Positions 1 to 12,765 of a DNA stretch of 64,000 nucleotides are shown one piece after another (the stretch's first letter is position 1; the number at the start of each line of letters is the position of its first letter). The stretch lies in NCBI RefSeq assembly GCF_030013205.1, contig NZ_CP122648.1, one strand, 5' to 3'. A program made the translations under genes and the position numbers. This stretch comes from Escherichia coli (GTDB taxonomy: Bacteria; Pseudomonadota; Gammaproteobacteria; Enterobacterales; Enterobacteriaceae). The notes below the pieces were generated by a model, which did no database searches, was not told where the DNA came from, and saw only the letters and a program-made list of their open reading frames with translations.

Positions 1-906
1 CGATTCAAAAAGCGGGGACAGAATGATGCATTCCGCTACCCGCAGGGCGTTAAGCTCGATCAGGAAAACAGCCGTATTTTTCTGCCGAAACTGGGCTGGA
101 TGCGCTACCGGAATAGCCGTCAGGTCACGGGTGTTGTGAAAAATGTCACGGTCAGCCAGTCCTGCGGTAAGTGGCACATCAGTATTCAGACAGAAAGTGA
201 AGTATCAACTCCGGTTCACCCTTCAGCATCAATGGTCGGGCTGGATGCTGGCGTGGCTAAACTCGCCACGCTGTCAGATGGCACAGTCTTTGAGCCTGTA
301 AACAGTTTTCAGAAAAAACAGAAGAAGCTGGCGAGACTTCAGCGACAGTTAAGCCGCAAGGTCAAATTCAGCAATAACTGGCAGAAGCAGAAACGCAAAA
401 TACAGCGACTGCATTCCCGTATCGCAAATATCCGCAGGGACTACCTTCATAAAGTCACAACGACCGTCAGCAAAAACCACGCAATGATAGTCATTGAGGA
501 TTTGAAGGTCAGTAACATGTCAAAGTCAGCAGCGGGTACGGTCAGCCAGCCGGGGCGCAATGTCCGGGCAAAATCAGGTTTAAACCGTTCGATACTGGAT
601 CAGGGCTGGTATGAAATGCGCCGCCAGCTTGAGTACAAGCAGCTCTGGCGTGGCGGTCAGGTGCTTGCTGTTCCGCCAGCGTACACAAGCCAGCGTTGCG
701 CGTGCTGTGGTCATACAGCGAAAGAAAATCGCCTGTCACAAAGTAAATTCAGATGCCAGGTATGTGGATATACAGCGAACGCCGATGTAAACGGCGCTCG
801 TAACATTTTAGCGGCGGGGCACGCCGTTCTTGCCTGTGGAGAGATGGTGCAGTCAGGCCGCCCGTTGAAGCAGGAACCCACCGAAATGATTCAGGCGACA
901 GCCTGA
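1..906 (+). CDS. tnpB: IS200/IS605-family TnpB (OrfB) RuvC-like nuclease, 5'-truncated by window edge
   Basis: Frame is open from base 1 to stop at 906; translation shows TnpB hallmarks (IEDLKVSNM RuvC-II segment, C-terminal CxxC...CxxC zinc ribbon followed by DVNGARNI). Recognised by eye, no search run. Confidence 0.85.
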   Translation, partial: RFKKRGQNDAFRYPQGVKLDQENSRIFLPKLGWMRYRNSRQVTGVVKNVTVSQSCGKWHISIQTESEVSTPVHPSASMVGLDAGVAKLATLSDGTVFEPVNSFQKKQKKLARLQRQLSRKVKFSNNWQKQKRKIQRLHSRIANIRRDYLHKVTTTVSKNHAMIVIEDLKVSNMSKSAAGTVSQPGRNVRAKSGLNRSILDQGWYEMRRQLEYKQLWRGGQVLAVPPAYTSQRCACCGHTAKENRLSQSKFRCQVCGYTANADVNGARNILAAGHAVLACGEMVQSGRPLKQEPTEMIQATA

Positions 907-945
907 ACGTAGCAGGGAGCCTCGTCATTCAGGGCGTGGAGGATG

Positions 946-1338
946 TCAAGCTGATTCATCTATGTCGAGACGAGCAAGGAAATGACGAATTCCTTCGCGT
1001 GACAAAAATTGCGCAACTTTTTCCTGCTCACTGTGAGTCATGTTGTCTATTGCGCTGATGATTTGCCGATAAGCAGGAGTGCGAATCCCCGGTGCGTATT
1101 CGGCAAGGGGTTCTTCGGCTTCCAGAAGCATCGGCGTGTTATGGAAGGCTGGCGTGTTCTGAATAAACTCGCAAACTTGCGTATCGACCAGAATAAGTCT
1201 GGCACGACCGCCTTTCACGCCGGGAAATTTTTCCGTTTTCCAGCCTTTTTCTCTGATCCAACGGTTAACAGTTTGTTTAGCCACACCGAGGCATTCAGCC
1301 AGTTCTTCGGTGGTCATTTTATTGCGTAATCTTTTCAT
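946..1338 (-). CDS. yfeD: YfeD-like small DNA-binding protein (paralog of YfeC)
   Basis: 130 aa ORF; N-terminal HTH-like segment (TTEELAECLGVAKQTVNRWIREKGW) paralogous to the adjacent ORF; matches remembered K-12 yfeD. Confidence 0.8.
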   Translation of the reverse strand: MKRLRNKMTTEELAECLGVAKQTVNRWIREKGWKTEKFPGVKGGRARLILVDTQVCEFIQNTPAFHNTPMLLEAEEPLAEYAPGIRTPAYRQIISAIDNMTHSEQEKVAQFLSREGIRHFLARLDIDESA

Positions 1339-1339
1339 A

Positions 1340-1699
1340 TTATTTGCTATCGCGAATCCCTAAGCGTTGTAACAATCCGATAATCCCTTCCCGCAGAAGC
1401 AAGGATGTAAACTGTTTTTGTTCAACTGGCGTCATCTCTTTCGCCAGTGTCACCAGCAATACTTCAAGCGGCGCATCACCAGAAAGGGCAGGCGCTTCTC
1501 CCTGACCTTCTGGACGTTCAGCATTGCGAATATATTCACGAACCTGTTCATTGACGTGAACCAGTCGGGCTTTGCCACCCTGGACGCCAGGTTTTGGTGA
1601 CGTTGTCCAGCCTTCCTTGCGTACCCATTTATTAATGGTCTGGCGGCTATAGCCGGTCAGTCTGGCAAGTTCATCTGGCGTCATCCTCTCCTTGAACAT
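1340..1699 (-). CDS. yfeC: YfeC-like small DNA-binding protein
   Basis: 119 aa ORF, HTH-like N-terminus (TPDELARLTGYSRQTINKWVRKEGW); tandem with yfeD; start codon may be internal. Confidence 0.8.
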   Translation of the reverse strand: MFKERMTPDELARLTGYSRQTINKWVRKEGWTTSPKPGVQGGKARLVHVNEQVREYIRNAERPEGQGEAPALSGDAPLEVLLVTLAKEMTPVEQKQFTSLLLREGIIGLLQRLGIRDSK

Positions 1700-1860
1700 A
1701 ACAATTCCCTGAATGTATGTGGGTCTATTAGTAGTTCATTTTATAACACCACTTTACAGGAAACCGTGACATGAATAACTACTGAATGCGAGCGGTTTTC
1801 CAAAATTGTTCATTTGCCTGATTTTTCAGCGATTGAAACTACACGTTGCAATTTGCCGTT

Positions 1861-1889
1861 GACACATTCGGGCGGAATTCATATGATGC
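1861..1889 (+). promoter_or_regulatory. Sigma70-type promoter for the tRNA-Ala gene (TTGACA, 17 bp spacer, TATGAT, GC-rich discriminator)
   Basis: ttgaca at 1861-1866 and tatgat at 1884-1889, followed by gccgcccg, about 30 bp upstream of the tRNA 5' end. Confidence 0.5.
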
Positions 1890-1919
1890 CGCCCGTCAAC
1901 TCGACAAGCTTTACGTGAC

Positions 1920-1995
<76 letters not shown>

Positions 1996-2004
1996 AATTT
2001 CCAA

Positions 2005-2031
2005 CCCTCGCTGCAAAGCGGGGGTTTTTTG
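2005..2031 (+). terminator. Rho-independent terminator after tRNA-Ala
   Basis: GC-rich hairpin ccctcgctgcaaagcggggg followed by tttttt. Confidence 0.6.
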
Positions 2032-2202
2032 TCTCTGCTTTTTGCCGCTTTTGTAATACAGTCTACGTCCGGGTTAGCGCCGCCTGGTGAAAGCATCATT
2101 GGATGAAAAATCGGCAACAGGCTGGCCCCTGTTTGCTTCGCGATGCGAATAAACTTATTATTTGTGTGCCTGAAAACCCCGATCAGTGAGAGTAGTGTAC
2201 TC

Positions 2203-4392
2203 ATGTTTGTGGAGCATAACCTGATAAAAAATATCAAGATATTCACACTAGCGTTTACGCTCACCGTGGTACTTATTCAGCTATCCCGTTTTATTTCGCC
2301 ACTTGCCATTATCCATTCCAGTTATATCTTTCTGGCGTGGATGCCACTGTGCGTAATGCTGTCAATCTTGTTTATCTTTGGCTGGCGCGGTGTCGTTCCC
2401 GTTTTATGCGGGATGTTTTGCACCAATCTGTGGAACTTTCATCTCTCTTTTTTACAGACCGCGGTCATGCTCGGCAGCCAGACGTTTGTTGTGTTGTGTG
2501 CCTGCGCAATATTACGCTGGCAGCTGGGGACGCGTTGGCGTTATGGATTGACCAGCCGATATGTCTGGCAACGTCTTTTCTGGCTTGGTTTGGTGACGCC
2601 GATCGGCATCAAATGCAGCATGTATCTTGTGGGGAGCTTTTTTGATTTCCCGCTAAAGATATCCACCTTTTTCGGCGATGCGGATGCCATTTTCACAGTC
2701 GTTGATTTACTAAGCCTTTTCACCGCTGTGCTGATTTACAACATGCTTTTCTACTATCTCACTCGCATGATTGTAAGTCCCCACTTTGCGCAGATATTGT
2801 GGCGCAGGGATATCGCTCCGTCGTTGAGCAAAGAGAAACGCGCATTTACCTTAAGCTGGCTGGCAGCTCTTAGCGTGCTGCTACTTCTGATGTGCACACC
2901 GTATGAGAATGACTTTATTGCCGGTTACCTGGTACCTGTTTTCTTTATCATCTTTACCCTCGGTGTCGGTAAGCTTCGCTATCCGTTTTTAAATCTCACC
3001 TGGGCTGTTTCAACGCTTTGCCTGCTGAACTACAACCAGAACTTTTTGCAAGGGGTACTAACCGAATATTCGCTGGCATTTATTCTCGCGGTGCTGATTT
3101 CCTTTAGTGTTTGCCTGCTCTATATGGTGCGCATTTATCATCGCAGTGAATGGCTTAATCGCCGCTGGCATTTGCAGGCGCTGACCGATCCGTTAACGCT
3201 CCTACCCAACTTTCGTGCGTTAGAACAAGCGCCGGAGCAAGAGGCGGGCAAGAGTTTTTGCTGCCTGCGCATTGATAATCTTGAGTTTATGAGTCGTCAT
3301 TACGGCTTAATGATGCGCGTTCACTGTATCCGATCAATTTACCGTACGCTGCTGCCGTTGATGCAGGAAAACGAAAAGTTGTATCAATTGCCGGGTAGTG
3401 AACTGCTGTTAGTGCTGAGTGGACCGGAAACGGAAGGGCGACTCCAGCATATGGTTAACATCCTGAATAGTCGGCAAATTCACTGGAACAATACCGGGCT
3501 GGATATGGGCTATGGTGCTGCCTGGGGGCGTTTTGATGGAAATCAGGAAACCCTGCAACCCTTGTTGGGGCAGTTAAGCTGGCTGGCGGAGCAATCCTGC
3601 GCACATCACCATGTGCTGGCGCTGGATAGCAGAGAGGAGATGGTTTCCGGGCAGACCACTAAACAGGTGCTATTGCTGAATACCATTCGTACGGCGTTAG
3701 ATCAGGGTGATTTGCTGCTCTACGCCCAGCCAATTCGCAACAAAGAGGGTGAAGGTTATGATGAGATCCTCGCGCGACTGAAATATGACGGCGGCATTAT
3801 GACCCCGGATAAGTTTCTGCCCCTTATTGCTCAGTTTAACCTTAGCGCGCGTTTTGATTTGCAAGTGCTGGAATCCTTGTTGAAGTGGCTGGCAACACAC
3901 CCTTGCGACAAAAAAGGTCCGCGCTTTTCAGTCAATTTAATGCCGCTCACGCTGCTGCAAAAGAATATTGCCGGGCGGATTATTCGTCTGTTTAAGCGTT
4001 ATCACATCTCCCCGCAGGCGGTCATTCTTGAGATCACCGAGGAGCAGGCGTTTTCTAACGCAGAAAGCAGCATGTACAACATCGAGCAACTGCATAAGTT
4101 TGGCTTCCGGATTGCGATTGATGACTTTGGCACCGGCTATGCCAACTACGAACGGTTAAAGCGTTTGCAGGCTGATATCATCAAAATTGATGGTGTCTTT
4201 GTGAAAGATATCGTCACGAATACGCTGGATGCGATGATTGTGAGATCAATTACCGATCTGGCGAAAGCGAAGTCATTGAGTGTGGTCGCGGAGTTTGTCG
4301 AGACGCAACAGCAGCAGGCGCTATTGCATAAGCTCGGGGTGCAATATCTGCAAGGGTATTTGATTGGTCGCCCGCAGCCATTAGCTGATTAA
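2203..4392 (+). CDS. yfeA: Membrane c-di-GMP phosphodiesterase (MASE1 - degenerate GGDEF - EAL), YfeA/PdeA
   Basis: ORF 2143-4392; start placed at internal Met (MFVEHNL) giving 729 aa as remembered for K-12; multi-TM N-terminus, EAL-type C-terminus. Confidence 0.85.
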   Translation: MFVEHNLIKNIKIFTLAFTLTVVLIQLSRFISPLAIIHSSYIFLAWMPLCVMLSILFIFGWRGVVPVLCGMFCTNLWNFHLSFLQTAVMLGSQTFVVLCACAILRWQLGTRWRYGLTSRYVWQRLFWLGLVTPIGIKCSMYLVGSFFDFPLKISTFFGDADAIFTVVDLLSLFTAVLIYNMLFYYLTRMIVSPHFAQILWRRDIAPSLSKEKRAFTLSWLAALSVLLLLMCTPYENDFIAGYLVPVFFIIFTLGVGKLRYPFLNLTWAVSTLCLLNYNQNFLQGVLTEYSLAFILAVLISFSVCLLYMVRIYHRSEWLNRRWHLQALTDPLTLLPNFRALEQAPEQEAGKSFCCLRIDNLEFMSRHYGLMMRVHCIRSIYRTLLPLMQENEKLYQLPGSELLLVLSGPETEGRLQHMVNILNSRQIHWNNTGLDMGYGAAWGRFDGNQETLQPLLGQLSWLAEQSCAHHHVLALDSREEMVSGQTTKQVLLLNTIRTALDQGDLLLYAQPIRNKEGEGYDEILARLKYDGGIMTPDKFLPLIAQFNLSARFDLQVLESLLKWLATHPCDKKGPRFSVNLMPLTLLQKNIAGRIIRLFKRYHISPQAVILEITEEQAFSNAESSMYNIEQLHKFGFRIAIDDFGTGYANYERLKRLQADIIKIDGVFVKDIVTNTLDAMIVRSITDLAKAKSLSVVAEFVETQQQQALLHKLGVQYLQGYLIGRPQPLAD

Positions 4393-4406
4393 CAGGCGTA
4401 AAAAAA

Positions 4407-4430
4407 CCGGGGAATTATCCCCGGCTTTTT
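4407..4430 (+). terminator. Rho-independent terminator of yfeA, immediately abutting the IS200 left end
   Basis: ccgggga-atta-tccccgg hairpin followed by cttttt. Confidence 0.6.
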
Positions 4431-5142
4431 GTGCACAGAAAACCCCCAGCTAGGCTGGGGGTTCCGGAAAGCTTTCAGCTTTGAGCCAGTTATTAAAACC
4501 CCTTTTGATTTGTTAAAACACCTTGCGGTCTGGCAACTGCAAGTGTCAAACAAGAAATCAAAAGGGGGTCCCAATGGGGAACGAAAAGAGCTTAGCGCAC
4601 ACCCGATGGAACTGTAAATATCACATAGTTTTTGCGCCAAAATACCGAAGACAGGTGTTCTACAGAGAGAAGCGTAGAGCAATAGGCAGTATTTTGAGAA
4701 AGCTGTGTGAGTGGAAAAGCGTACGGATTCTGGAAGCTGAATGCTGTGCAGATCATATCCATATGCTTGTGGAGATCCCGCCCAAAATGAGCGTATCCGG
4801 GTTTATGGGATATCTGAAAGGGAAAAGCAGTCTGATGCTTTACGAGCAGTTTGGTGATTTGAAATTCAAATACAGGAACAGGGAGTTCTGGTGCAGAGGG
4901 TACTACGTCGATACAGTGGGTAAGAACACGGCGAAGATACAGGATTACATAAAGCACCAGCTTGAAGAGGATAAAATGGGAGAGCAGTTATCGATTCCCT
5001 ATCCGGGCAGCCCGTTTACGGGCCGTAAGTAACGAAGTTGGATGCAAATGTCAGATCGTGTGCGCCTGTTAGGGCGCGGCTGGTAAGAGAGCCTTATAGG
5101 CGCATTTGAAAAACCTCCGGCTATGCCGGAGGATATTTATTT
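4431..5142 (+). mobile_element. IS200 copy 1 (IS200/IS605 family, tnpA only, ~712 bp)
   Basis: Near-identical (about 5 mismatches) to a second copy at 30213-30923; encodes a 152 aa HuH Y1 transposase; ends with hairpin cctccggctatgccggagg; boundaries +/- 5 bp. Confidence 0.85.
4574..5032 (+). CDS. tnpA: IS200 transposase TnpA (HuH Y1 transposase)
   Basis: MGNEKSLAHTRWNCKYHIVFAPKYRRQ... 152 aa with the conserved HxH motif (ADHIHML); start placed at the internal Met of the listed ORF. Confidence 0.9.
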   Translation: MGNEKSLAHTRWNCKYHIVFAPKYRRQVFYREKRRAIGSILRKLCEWKSVRILEAECCADHIHMLVEIPPKMSVSGFMGYLKGKSSLMLYEQFGDLKFKYRNREFWCRGYYVDTVGKNTAKIQDYIKHQLEEDKMGEQLSIPYPGSPFTGRK

Positions 5143-5152
5143 ATGTATGGTC

Positions 5153-6355
5153 TTACAGCACCAGTGCTGCGATTGACGCAGACAGCACACTCACCAGGGT
5201 AGAGCCGTAAACCAGTTTCAGACCGAAGCGAGAAACCACGTTACCTTGCTCTTCATTCAGGCCTTTAACTGCACCTGCGATAATCCCGATTGAAGAGAAG
5301 TTAGCGAAGGAAACCAGGAACACAGAGATGATGCCTTCAGCACGCGGAGAGAGCGTGGAAGCAATTTTCTGCAGATCCATCATCGCAACGAACTCGTTGG
5401 AAACCAGTTTGGTCGCCATGATACTGCCCACTTGCAGTGCTTCACTGGAAGGAACACCCATCACCCATGCAATCGGATAGAAGATGTAGCCCAGGATGCC
5501 CTGGAAGGAGATGCTGTAGCCAAACCAGCCAGTAACGGTGGCAAACAGTGCGTTCAGCGCGGCGATCAGGGCGATAAAGCCGATCAGCATCGCGGCAACG
5601 ATAATGGCAACTTTGAAACCTGCCAGAATGTATTCACCCAGCATTTCGAAGAAGCTCTGACCTTCGTGCAGGTTGGACATCTGAATGTTTTCTTCACTGG
5701 CATCAACACGGTAAGGGTTGATCAGCGACAGCACGATAAAGGTGCTGAACATGTTCAGTACCAGCGCCGCAACGACATATTTCGGCTCCAGCATGGTCAT
5801 GTATGCACCAACGATGGACATCGACACGGTGGACATCGCCGTTGCTGCCATGGTGTACATACGATTGCGGGAGATTTTGCCGAGGATGTCTTTATAGGCA
5901 ATAAAGTTTTCAGACTGACCCAGAATCAGGGAGCTGACGGCGTTAAAGGATTCCAGTTTGCCCATGCCGTTGACTTTGGAGAGCAGGAAACCAATTGCGC
6001 GGATAATCACCGGCAACACGCGAATGTGCTGGAGAATACCGATCAGTGCAGAGATAAAGACGATTGGGCACAGCACTTTCAGGAAGAAGAATGCCAGGCC
6101 TTGATCATTCATGCTACCAAAGACGAAGTTAGTCCCTTCGTTGGCAAATCCGAGCAGTTTTTCGAACATTTCGGAGAAGCCTTTCACGAAGCCTAAACCA
6201 ACGTCGGAGTTCAGGAAGAACCACGCCAGTAACACTTCGATAACAAGCAGTTGAATAACATAACGGATACGAATTTTTTTGCGGTCGCTGCTTACCAGCA
6301 GTGCGAGAATCGCAACAACGGCAAGTGCCAGTACAAAATGAAGGACGCGGTCCAT
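5153..6355 (-). CDS. nupC: Nucleoside:H+ symporter NupC
   Basis: ORF 5153-6394; start placed at [13 protein letters not shown]... to give 400 aa as remembered for NupC; polytopic membrane protein. Confidence 0.9.
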
Positions 6356-6623
6356 ATTTGCTCCAAATATGAGGCAGGTTAAATTTCCGTGCACATTCTA
6401 TGTAACATGGTTAAGGAAAACGAGATCTGACACACACTATAATGACGTCCTGTGACCAGCTTCAAAAATAGTGAGCTGTCATACATTTCTGCTATGTTGT
6501 GTATGGAAGCTGAAAGTTATGTAAATGTGCTAACATTAAACATAACCATAACATTCAAGTCATCAATCTTTTCGTAGTCATAATCCTGGTCTATCAGAGA
6601 AATCACCACAACCCATTTAAATG

Positions 6624-6678
6624 AATTTGATAATCATTCTCGTTTGGTATAGCATGAAACATAGCAAAGGCTATGTTT
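6624..6678 (+). promoter_or_regulatory. mntH control region: Fur-box-like site (aatttgataatcattctcg) and MntR palindrome (aaacatagcaaaggctatgttt)
   Basis: Fur-like site at 6624-6642; inverted repeat AAACATAGC-N-GCTATGTTT at 6657-6678, 13 bp upstream of the mntH ATG. Confidence 0.6.
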
Positions 6679-6681
6679 TAG

Positions 6682-7929
<1,248 letters not shown>

Positions 7930-8052
7930 TTGAATGAGCGTCGCATCTGGCACTATTGGCGGATGCGGCGTAAAACGCCTTATCCGCCCTACGCGTTAAA
8001 GAGACGGTTTGTAGGCCTGACAAGACGCGCTAGCGTCGCATCAGGCATTGTG
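7930..8052. repeat. REP/BIME-type extragenic palindromic repeats
   Basis: gatgcggcgtaaaacgccttatccgcc and gcctgacaagacgcg...gcgtcgcatcaggc palindromic units between mntH and ypeC. Confidence 0.6.
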
Positions 8053-8070
8053 CTCCATTGGCGAATGTGT

Positions 8071-8397
8071 TTAATGGCGGTGTCCATGTCCGCGGCCTTT
8101 TCCGCGATGATCGTCACGATCGCGCCAGCCTTCACGATAGCCACGCTCATACGCTTTACGCTTATCCCAGCCACGGTGGTAGCCATTATCATGACGCCAC
8201 CAGCGGTTCTTACGCCATTCATAATTGCGATGCCAGTAGTCACGGTCGCGCCAGTGACCACCGTCCCAGTAATTGCCGTAATGATCGCGATCGCCAATTT
8301 GTAATTTGATTGATGGCAGTAGGGTGATTTCACCTGCGTTTGCCGCAAGCGGGGTAAATGCCATCAGGGCGGCCGCCAGAAACAGTGACCTGAACAT
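8071..8397 (-). CDS. ypeC: Secreted low-complexity protein YpeC (R/D/W/H/Y-rich repeats)
   Basis: 108 aa with signal peptide [21 protein letters not shown], then a repetitive charged/aromatic region. Confidence 0.8.
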
Positions 8398-8511
8398 TGT
8401 TATTCTCCTTCACGATCGAAGCCGTCAGCGGCCTGTTAACGCAATATTACGGGGAGGTAAAGCCCCGTATCATCGCCATAACTCTTAAATCATAAAGGAG
8501 AGCATTTTTTG

Positions 8512-9768
8512 CTAAACGTTATCGTGGGGTGGCTGTTGCTTCGGACGATTGACCATCATCATCGGCTTACCTGCTAATAACAGCCATGCCGGAAGCATGA
8601 CGATACAGAGCAGCGGTAGCAATGTGGTATTGGGTACAACGACTGCCGCCATAAAAAGACTTAACCAGCCATCGCGTGTTACCACCAGCACGATGCCGAG
8701 AATAGCGCAGGAAACGGTTATTGCCGCTGGAACGGCGGGAACGTGCTCATGCAGCATCAACCCTAATGCCACGCCGACAAACACTGCCGGGAAGATTCGT
8801 CCACCGCGAAAGCCACTGGCGGCAGCAACGACCAGGGCGGCAAGTTTAATCACCGCCAGCAAAAAGTAATCGCTGGTGCTGAAGGCCTGATTTGCCACCA
8901 TCTGCTGCATCTCATCCAGCCCTTTAAACAGCGAAACTGGTCCACCCATAACCCCCAGAATACCGAGAATAAATCCGCCAATACCCAGCACGAGCACCGG
9001 ATTTTTCATTTGATGCATCATCGCGTGCAACCGTGGTAAGCACCATACGGCGACCATCCCTGCTGCGATGGCAATCGCCGCGACAATTGCACCGCTGAGA
9101 ATATCGGTCATTTCCATTTGTCCGTAATGCGCAATGGGCAGTGAAAAATGGGGATGGAAAAATAATCCGGTAGTAAGTGCACCAGCTGCTGCCGCCATTA
9201 ACGGCGCAAAAAGACGATCCCATAGCGGAACTTCACTACTACCATTTAAGGTTTGCGAAAATATCAACGCCGCCGCAACAGGTGTGCCAAACAGCGCGCC
9301 GATGGTTCCGGCAGAGGCTAAAATAGTCCACTCCATTCGGTTGACGCGCGGTAACAGACGAGCGCCAATGGCAACCGCAAGGGCGATATTGACGGTCATG
9401 ATCGGATGTTCTGGCCCCAGGCTGACGCCACCAGCAAGACCAAGAATTAATGCTACGATAAGTCCTGGTAGCGCAGAGGGCGGAACTGGTGCGCCGATCA
9501 GCGGTTCACAGGCGGGGTCTGGTCCGGCATGACCCTGGCTGAAACGGATAACCAACCCCACTGCAATACCCGTTAGCGTTAATACACCGATGATCCAGAG
9601 AGGTGAATCCTGGGCTATCCCCAGAGTTCCCGGCAGTCGTTGCCAGAGCAAATTCTGTAATACCGAGGCGATTTTCATCACCACAATCAGAATAAGACTG
9701 GACGCAATCCCAATTGCCACGGCGGGGAGCGATAATAACAACATGGTTCTGGCTCGCGGATGGAGCAT
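8512..9768 (-). CDS. yfeO: Putative ion-channel/transport membrane protein YfeO
   Basis: 418 aa highly hydrophobic ORF; matches remembered yfeO between ypeC and glk. Confidence 0.85.
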   Translation of the reverse strand: MLHPRARTMLLLSLPAVAIGIASSLILIVVMKIASVLQNLLWQRLPGTLGIAQDSPLWIIGVLTLTGIAVGLVIRFSQGHAGPDPACEPLIGAPVPPSALPGLIVALILGLAGGVSLGPEHPIMTVNIALAVAIGARLLPRVNRMEWTILASAGTIGALFGTPVAAALIFSQTLNGSSEVPLWDRLFAPLMAAAAGALTTGLFFHPHFSLPIAHYGQMEMTDILSGAIVAAIAIAAGMVAVWCLPRLHAMMHQMKNPVLVLGIGGFILGILGVMGGPVSLFKGLDEMQQMVANQAFSTSDYFLLAVIKLAALVVAAASGFRGGRIFPAVFVGVALGLMLHEHVPAVPAAITVSCAILGIVLVVTRDGWLSLFMAAVVVPNTTLLPLLCIVMLPAWLLLAGKPMMMVNRPKQQPPHDNV

Positions 9769-9971
9769 GTTCTATTCCTTATGCGGGGTCAGATACTTAG
9801 TTTGCCCAGCTTGCAAAAAGGCATCGCTGCAATTGGTGCTGAAACGATAAAGTAATTGTGTGACCCAGATCGATATTTACAGGGAGCCTGCCTTTCCGGC
9901 GTTGTTGTTATGCCCCCAGGTATTTACAGTGTGAGAAAGAATTATTTTGACTTTAGCGGAGCAGTTGAAGA

Positions 9972-10937
9972 ATGACAAAGTATGCATTAGTCGGTGATGT
10001 GGGCGGCACCAACGCACGTCTTGCTCTGTGTGATATTGCCAGTGGTGAAATCTCGCAGGCTAAGACCTATTCAGGGCTTGATTACCCCAGCCTCGAAGCG
10101 GTCATTCGCGTTTATCTTGAAGAACATAAGGTCGAGGTGAAAGACGGCTGTATTGCCATCGCTTGCCCAATTACCGGTGACTGGGTGGCAATGACCAACC
10201 ATACCTGGGCGTTCTCAATTGCCGAAATGAAAAAGAATCTCGGTTTTAGCCATCTGGAAATTATTAACGATTTTACCGCTGTATCGATGGCGATCCCGAT
10301 GCTGAAAAAAGAGCATCTGATTCAGTTTGGTGGCGCAGAACCGGTCGAAGGTAAGCCTATTGCGGTTTACGGTGCCGGAACGGGGCTTGGGGTTGCGCAT
10401 CTGGTCCATGTAGATAAGCGTTGGGTAAGCTTGCCAGGCGAAGGCGGTCACGTTGATTTTGCGCCGAATAGTGAAGAAGAGGGCATTATCCTCGAAATAC
10501 TGCGTGCAGAAATTGGTCATGTTTCGGCAGAGCGCGTGCTTTCTGGTCCTGGGCTGGTGAATTTGTATCGCGCGATTGTGAAAGCCGACAACCGCCTGCC
10601 AGAAAATCTCAAGCCAAAAGATATTACCGAACGTGCGCTGGCTGACAGCTGCACCGATTGCCGCCGCGCGTTGTCGCTGTTTTGCGTCATTATGGGCCGT
10701 TTTGGCGGCAATCTGGCGCTCAATCTCGGGACATTTGGCGGCGTGTTTATTGCGGGTGGTATCGTGCCGCGCTTCCTTGAGTTCTTCAAAGCCTCCGGTT
10801 TCCGTGCCGCATTTGAAGATAAAGGGCGCTTTAAAGAATATGTCCATGATATTCCGGTGTATCTCATCGTCCATGACAATCCGGGTCTTCTCGGTTCCGG
10901 TGCACATTTACGCCAGACCTTAGGTCACATTCTGTAA
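9972..10937 (+). CDS. glk: Glucokinase
   Basis: 321 aa, [21 protein letters not shown]... ROK/glucokinase ATP-binding motif. Confidence 0.95.
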   Translation: MTKYALVGDVGGTNARLALCDIASGEISQAKTYSGLDYPSLEAVIRVYLEEHKVEVKDGCIAIACPITGDWVAMTNHTWAFSIAEMKKNLGFSHLEIINDFTAVSMAIPMLKKEHLIQFGGAEPVEGKPIAVYGAGTGLGVAHLVHVDKRWVSLPGEGGHVDFAPNSEEEGIILEILRAEIGHVSAERVLSGPGLVNLYRAIVKADNRLPENLKPKDITERALADSCTDCRRALSLFCVIMGRFGGNLALNLGTFGGVFIAGGIVPRFLEFFKASGFRAAFEDKGRFKEYVHDIPVYLIVHDNPGLLGSGAHLRQTLGHIL

Positions 10938-11155
10938 ATCCTTCCTGTTATATCGGGAGGTAACTCTCCCGATAATCTTTTAAATCATACAGTTAATTCA
11001 ATTTTCCTTTGTGTCCCCTCACAAGGCCGACCTGCGTCACACTTCCGTGCAGCGGGATTAATTCTCCAGTAAATGCATTATTTGTCTGGTAACGGCGATT
11101 TGTTTTGCACGTTCATAATTTCACTCGTCAACTATCACTGAACGAGGAATTAACG

Positions 11156-11482
11156 ATGAGTAAGAAACTGATTGCTTTATGTGCCTGCCCGATGGGTCTG
11201 GCTCACACCTTTATGGCAGCCCAGGCGCTGGAAGAAGCGGCGGTGGAAGCAGGCTATGAAGTGAAAATTGAAACTCAGGGCGCGGACGGCATCCAGAATC
11301 GCCTGACCGCGCAGGATATCGCCGAAGCGACCATCATCATCCACTCCGTGGCGGTTACCCCGGAAGATAACGAACGTTTCGAATCACGCGACGTTTATGA
11401 AATCACTTTGCAGGACGCAATTAAAAACGCTGCGGGCATCATCAAAGAAATCGAAGAGATGATTGCCTCTGAACAACAGTAA
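11156..11482 (+). CDS. fryB: PTS fructose-like EIIB component FryB
   Basis: MSKKLIALCACPMGLAHTFMAAQALE... (Cys phosphorylation site CACPMG); start at the internal Met of ORF 11105-11482. Confidence 0.85.
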   Translation: MSKKLIALCACPMGLAHTFMAAQALEEAAVEAGYEVKIETQGADGIQNRLTAQDIAEATIIIHSVAVTPEDNERFESRDVYEITLQDAIKNAAGIIKEIEEMIASEQQ

Positions 11483-11503
11483 TATTCGACAGGGATAATT
11501 GTT

Positions 11504-12751
11504 ATGGCCATTAAAAAACGCAGTGCAACCGTTGTGCCTGGCGCATCCGGTGCGGCAGCGGCAGTTAAGAATCCGCAGGCCTCTAAAAGCAGCTTCTGGG
11601 GTGAACTCCCGCAGCATGTGATGTCAGGGATTTCACGCATGGTGCCGACCTTAATTATGGGCGGTGTGATCCTCGCTTTCAGCCAGCTGATTGCTTATAG
11701 CTGGCTTAAAATTCCTGCTGATATCGGCATCATGGATGCTCTTAATAGCGGGAAATTCTCCGGTTTCGACCTTTCCTTACTGAAATTTGCCTGGCTGTCG
11801 CAGTCCTTCGGCGGCGTGTTGTTTGGTTTCGCCATTCCGATGTTTGCCGCTTTTGTGGCGAACTCTATCGGCGGCAAACTGGCGTTCCCGGCTGGTTTTA
11901 TTGGCGGCTTGATGTCTACCCAGCCGACGCAACTGCTGAACTTCGATCCCAGCACTATGCAATGGGCGACCTCTTCGCCGGTGCCGTCCACCTTCATTGG
12001 TGCGCTGATTATTTCTATCGTTGCCGGTTACCTTGTGAAATGGATGAACCAGAAAATCCAGTTACCGGATTTCCTGTTAGCGTTCAAAACCACTTTTTTG
12101 CTACCGATTCTTTCCGCCATTTTTGTCATGCTGGCGATGTACTACGTCATCACCCCCTTTGGCGGCTGGATCAACGGCGGTATCCGTACCGTGCTGACTG
12201 CCGCAGGTGAGAAGGGCGCGCTAATGTATGCGATGGGGATCGCCGCGGCGACAGCAATCGACCTTGGTGGCCCGATCAACAAAGCCGCAGGTTTCGTTGC
12301 CTTCAGCTTTACCACGGACCACGTATTACCGGTCACCGCACGTTCTATCGCTATCGTTATTCCGCCGATTGGTCTGGGTCTGGCGACCATTATTGACCGT
12401 CGTTTAACCGGCAAACGCCTGTTCAACGCTCAACTTTATCCGCAGGGTAAGACCGCGATGTTCCTGGCCTTTATGGGGATTAGTGAGGGTGCGATTCCGT
12501 TTGCGCTGGAAAGCCCCATCACCGCCATCCCGTCGTATATGGTCGGCGCGATTGTCGGCTCAACTGCAGCTGTCTGGCTGGGCGCAGTGCAATGGTTCCC
12601 GGAATCCGCTATCTGGGCATGGCCGCTGGTCACTAACCTGGGCGTCTATATGGCGGGGATCGCGCTGGGGGCAGTCATTACTGCGCTGATGGTGGTGTTC
12701 CTGCGTCTGATGATGTTCCGTAAAGGCAAATTGTTAATCGATAGCCTGTAA
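11504..12751 (+). CDS. fryC: PTS fructose-like EIIC component FryC
   Basis: 415 aa polytopic membrane protein directly downstream of fryB. Confidence 0.88.
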   Translation: MAIKKRSATVVPGASGAAAAVKNPQASKSSFWGELPQHVMSGISRMVPTLIMGGVILAFSQLIAYSWLKIPADIGIMDALNSGKFSGFDLSLLKFAWLSQSFGGVLFGFAIPMFAAFVANSIGGKLAFPAGFIGGLMSTQPTQLLNFDPSTMQWATSSPVPSTFIGALIISIVAGYLVKWMNQKIQLPDFLLAFKTTFLLPILSAIFVMLAMYYVITPFGGWINGGIRTVLTAAGEKGALMYAMGIAAATAIDLGGPINKAAGFVAFSFTTDHVLPVTARSIAIVIPPIGLGLATIIDRRLTGKRLFNAQLYPQGKTAMFLAFMGISEGAIPFALESPITAIPSYMVGAIVGSTAAVWLGAVQWFPESAIWAWPLVTNLGVYMAGIALGAVITALMVVFLRLMMFRKGKLLIDSL

Positions 12752-12765
12752 GAAGGAAAATCCAG

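Noticed and set aside
2143-2202. 20-codon N-terminal extension of yfeA
   Set aside because: Internal Met gives the length remembered for YfeA and better spacing from the tRNA terminator; extension judged unlikely but not excluded.
5432-6196. 254 aa ORF on the plus strand inside nupC
   Set aside because: Lies entirely antisense to the well-supported nupC gene; His/Gly/Asp-rich composition typical of antisense translation of a membrane-protein gene.
7989-8348. Several overlapping ORFs (plus and minus strand) across ypeC and the REP region
   Set aside because: Created by the repetitive, low-complexity ypeC sequence and REP palindromes; only the signal-peptide-bearing ypeC frame is plausible.
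10215-10907. 230 aa and 120 aa minus-strand ORFs inside glk
   Set aside because: Antisense to glk; no RBS or recognisable domain.
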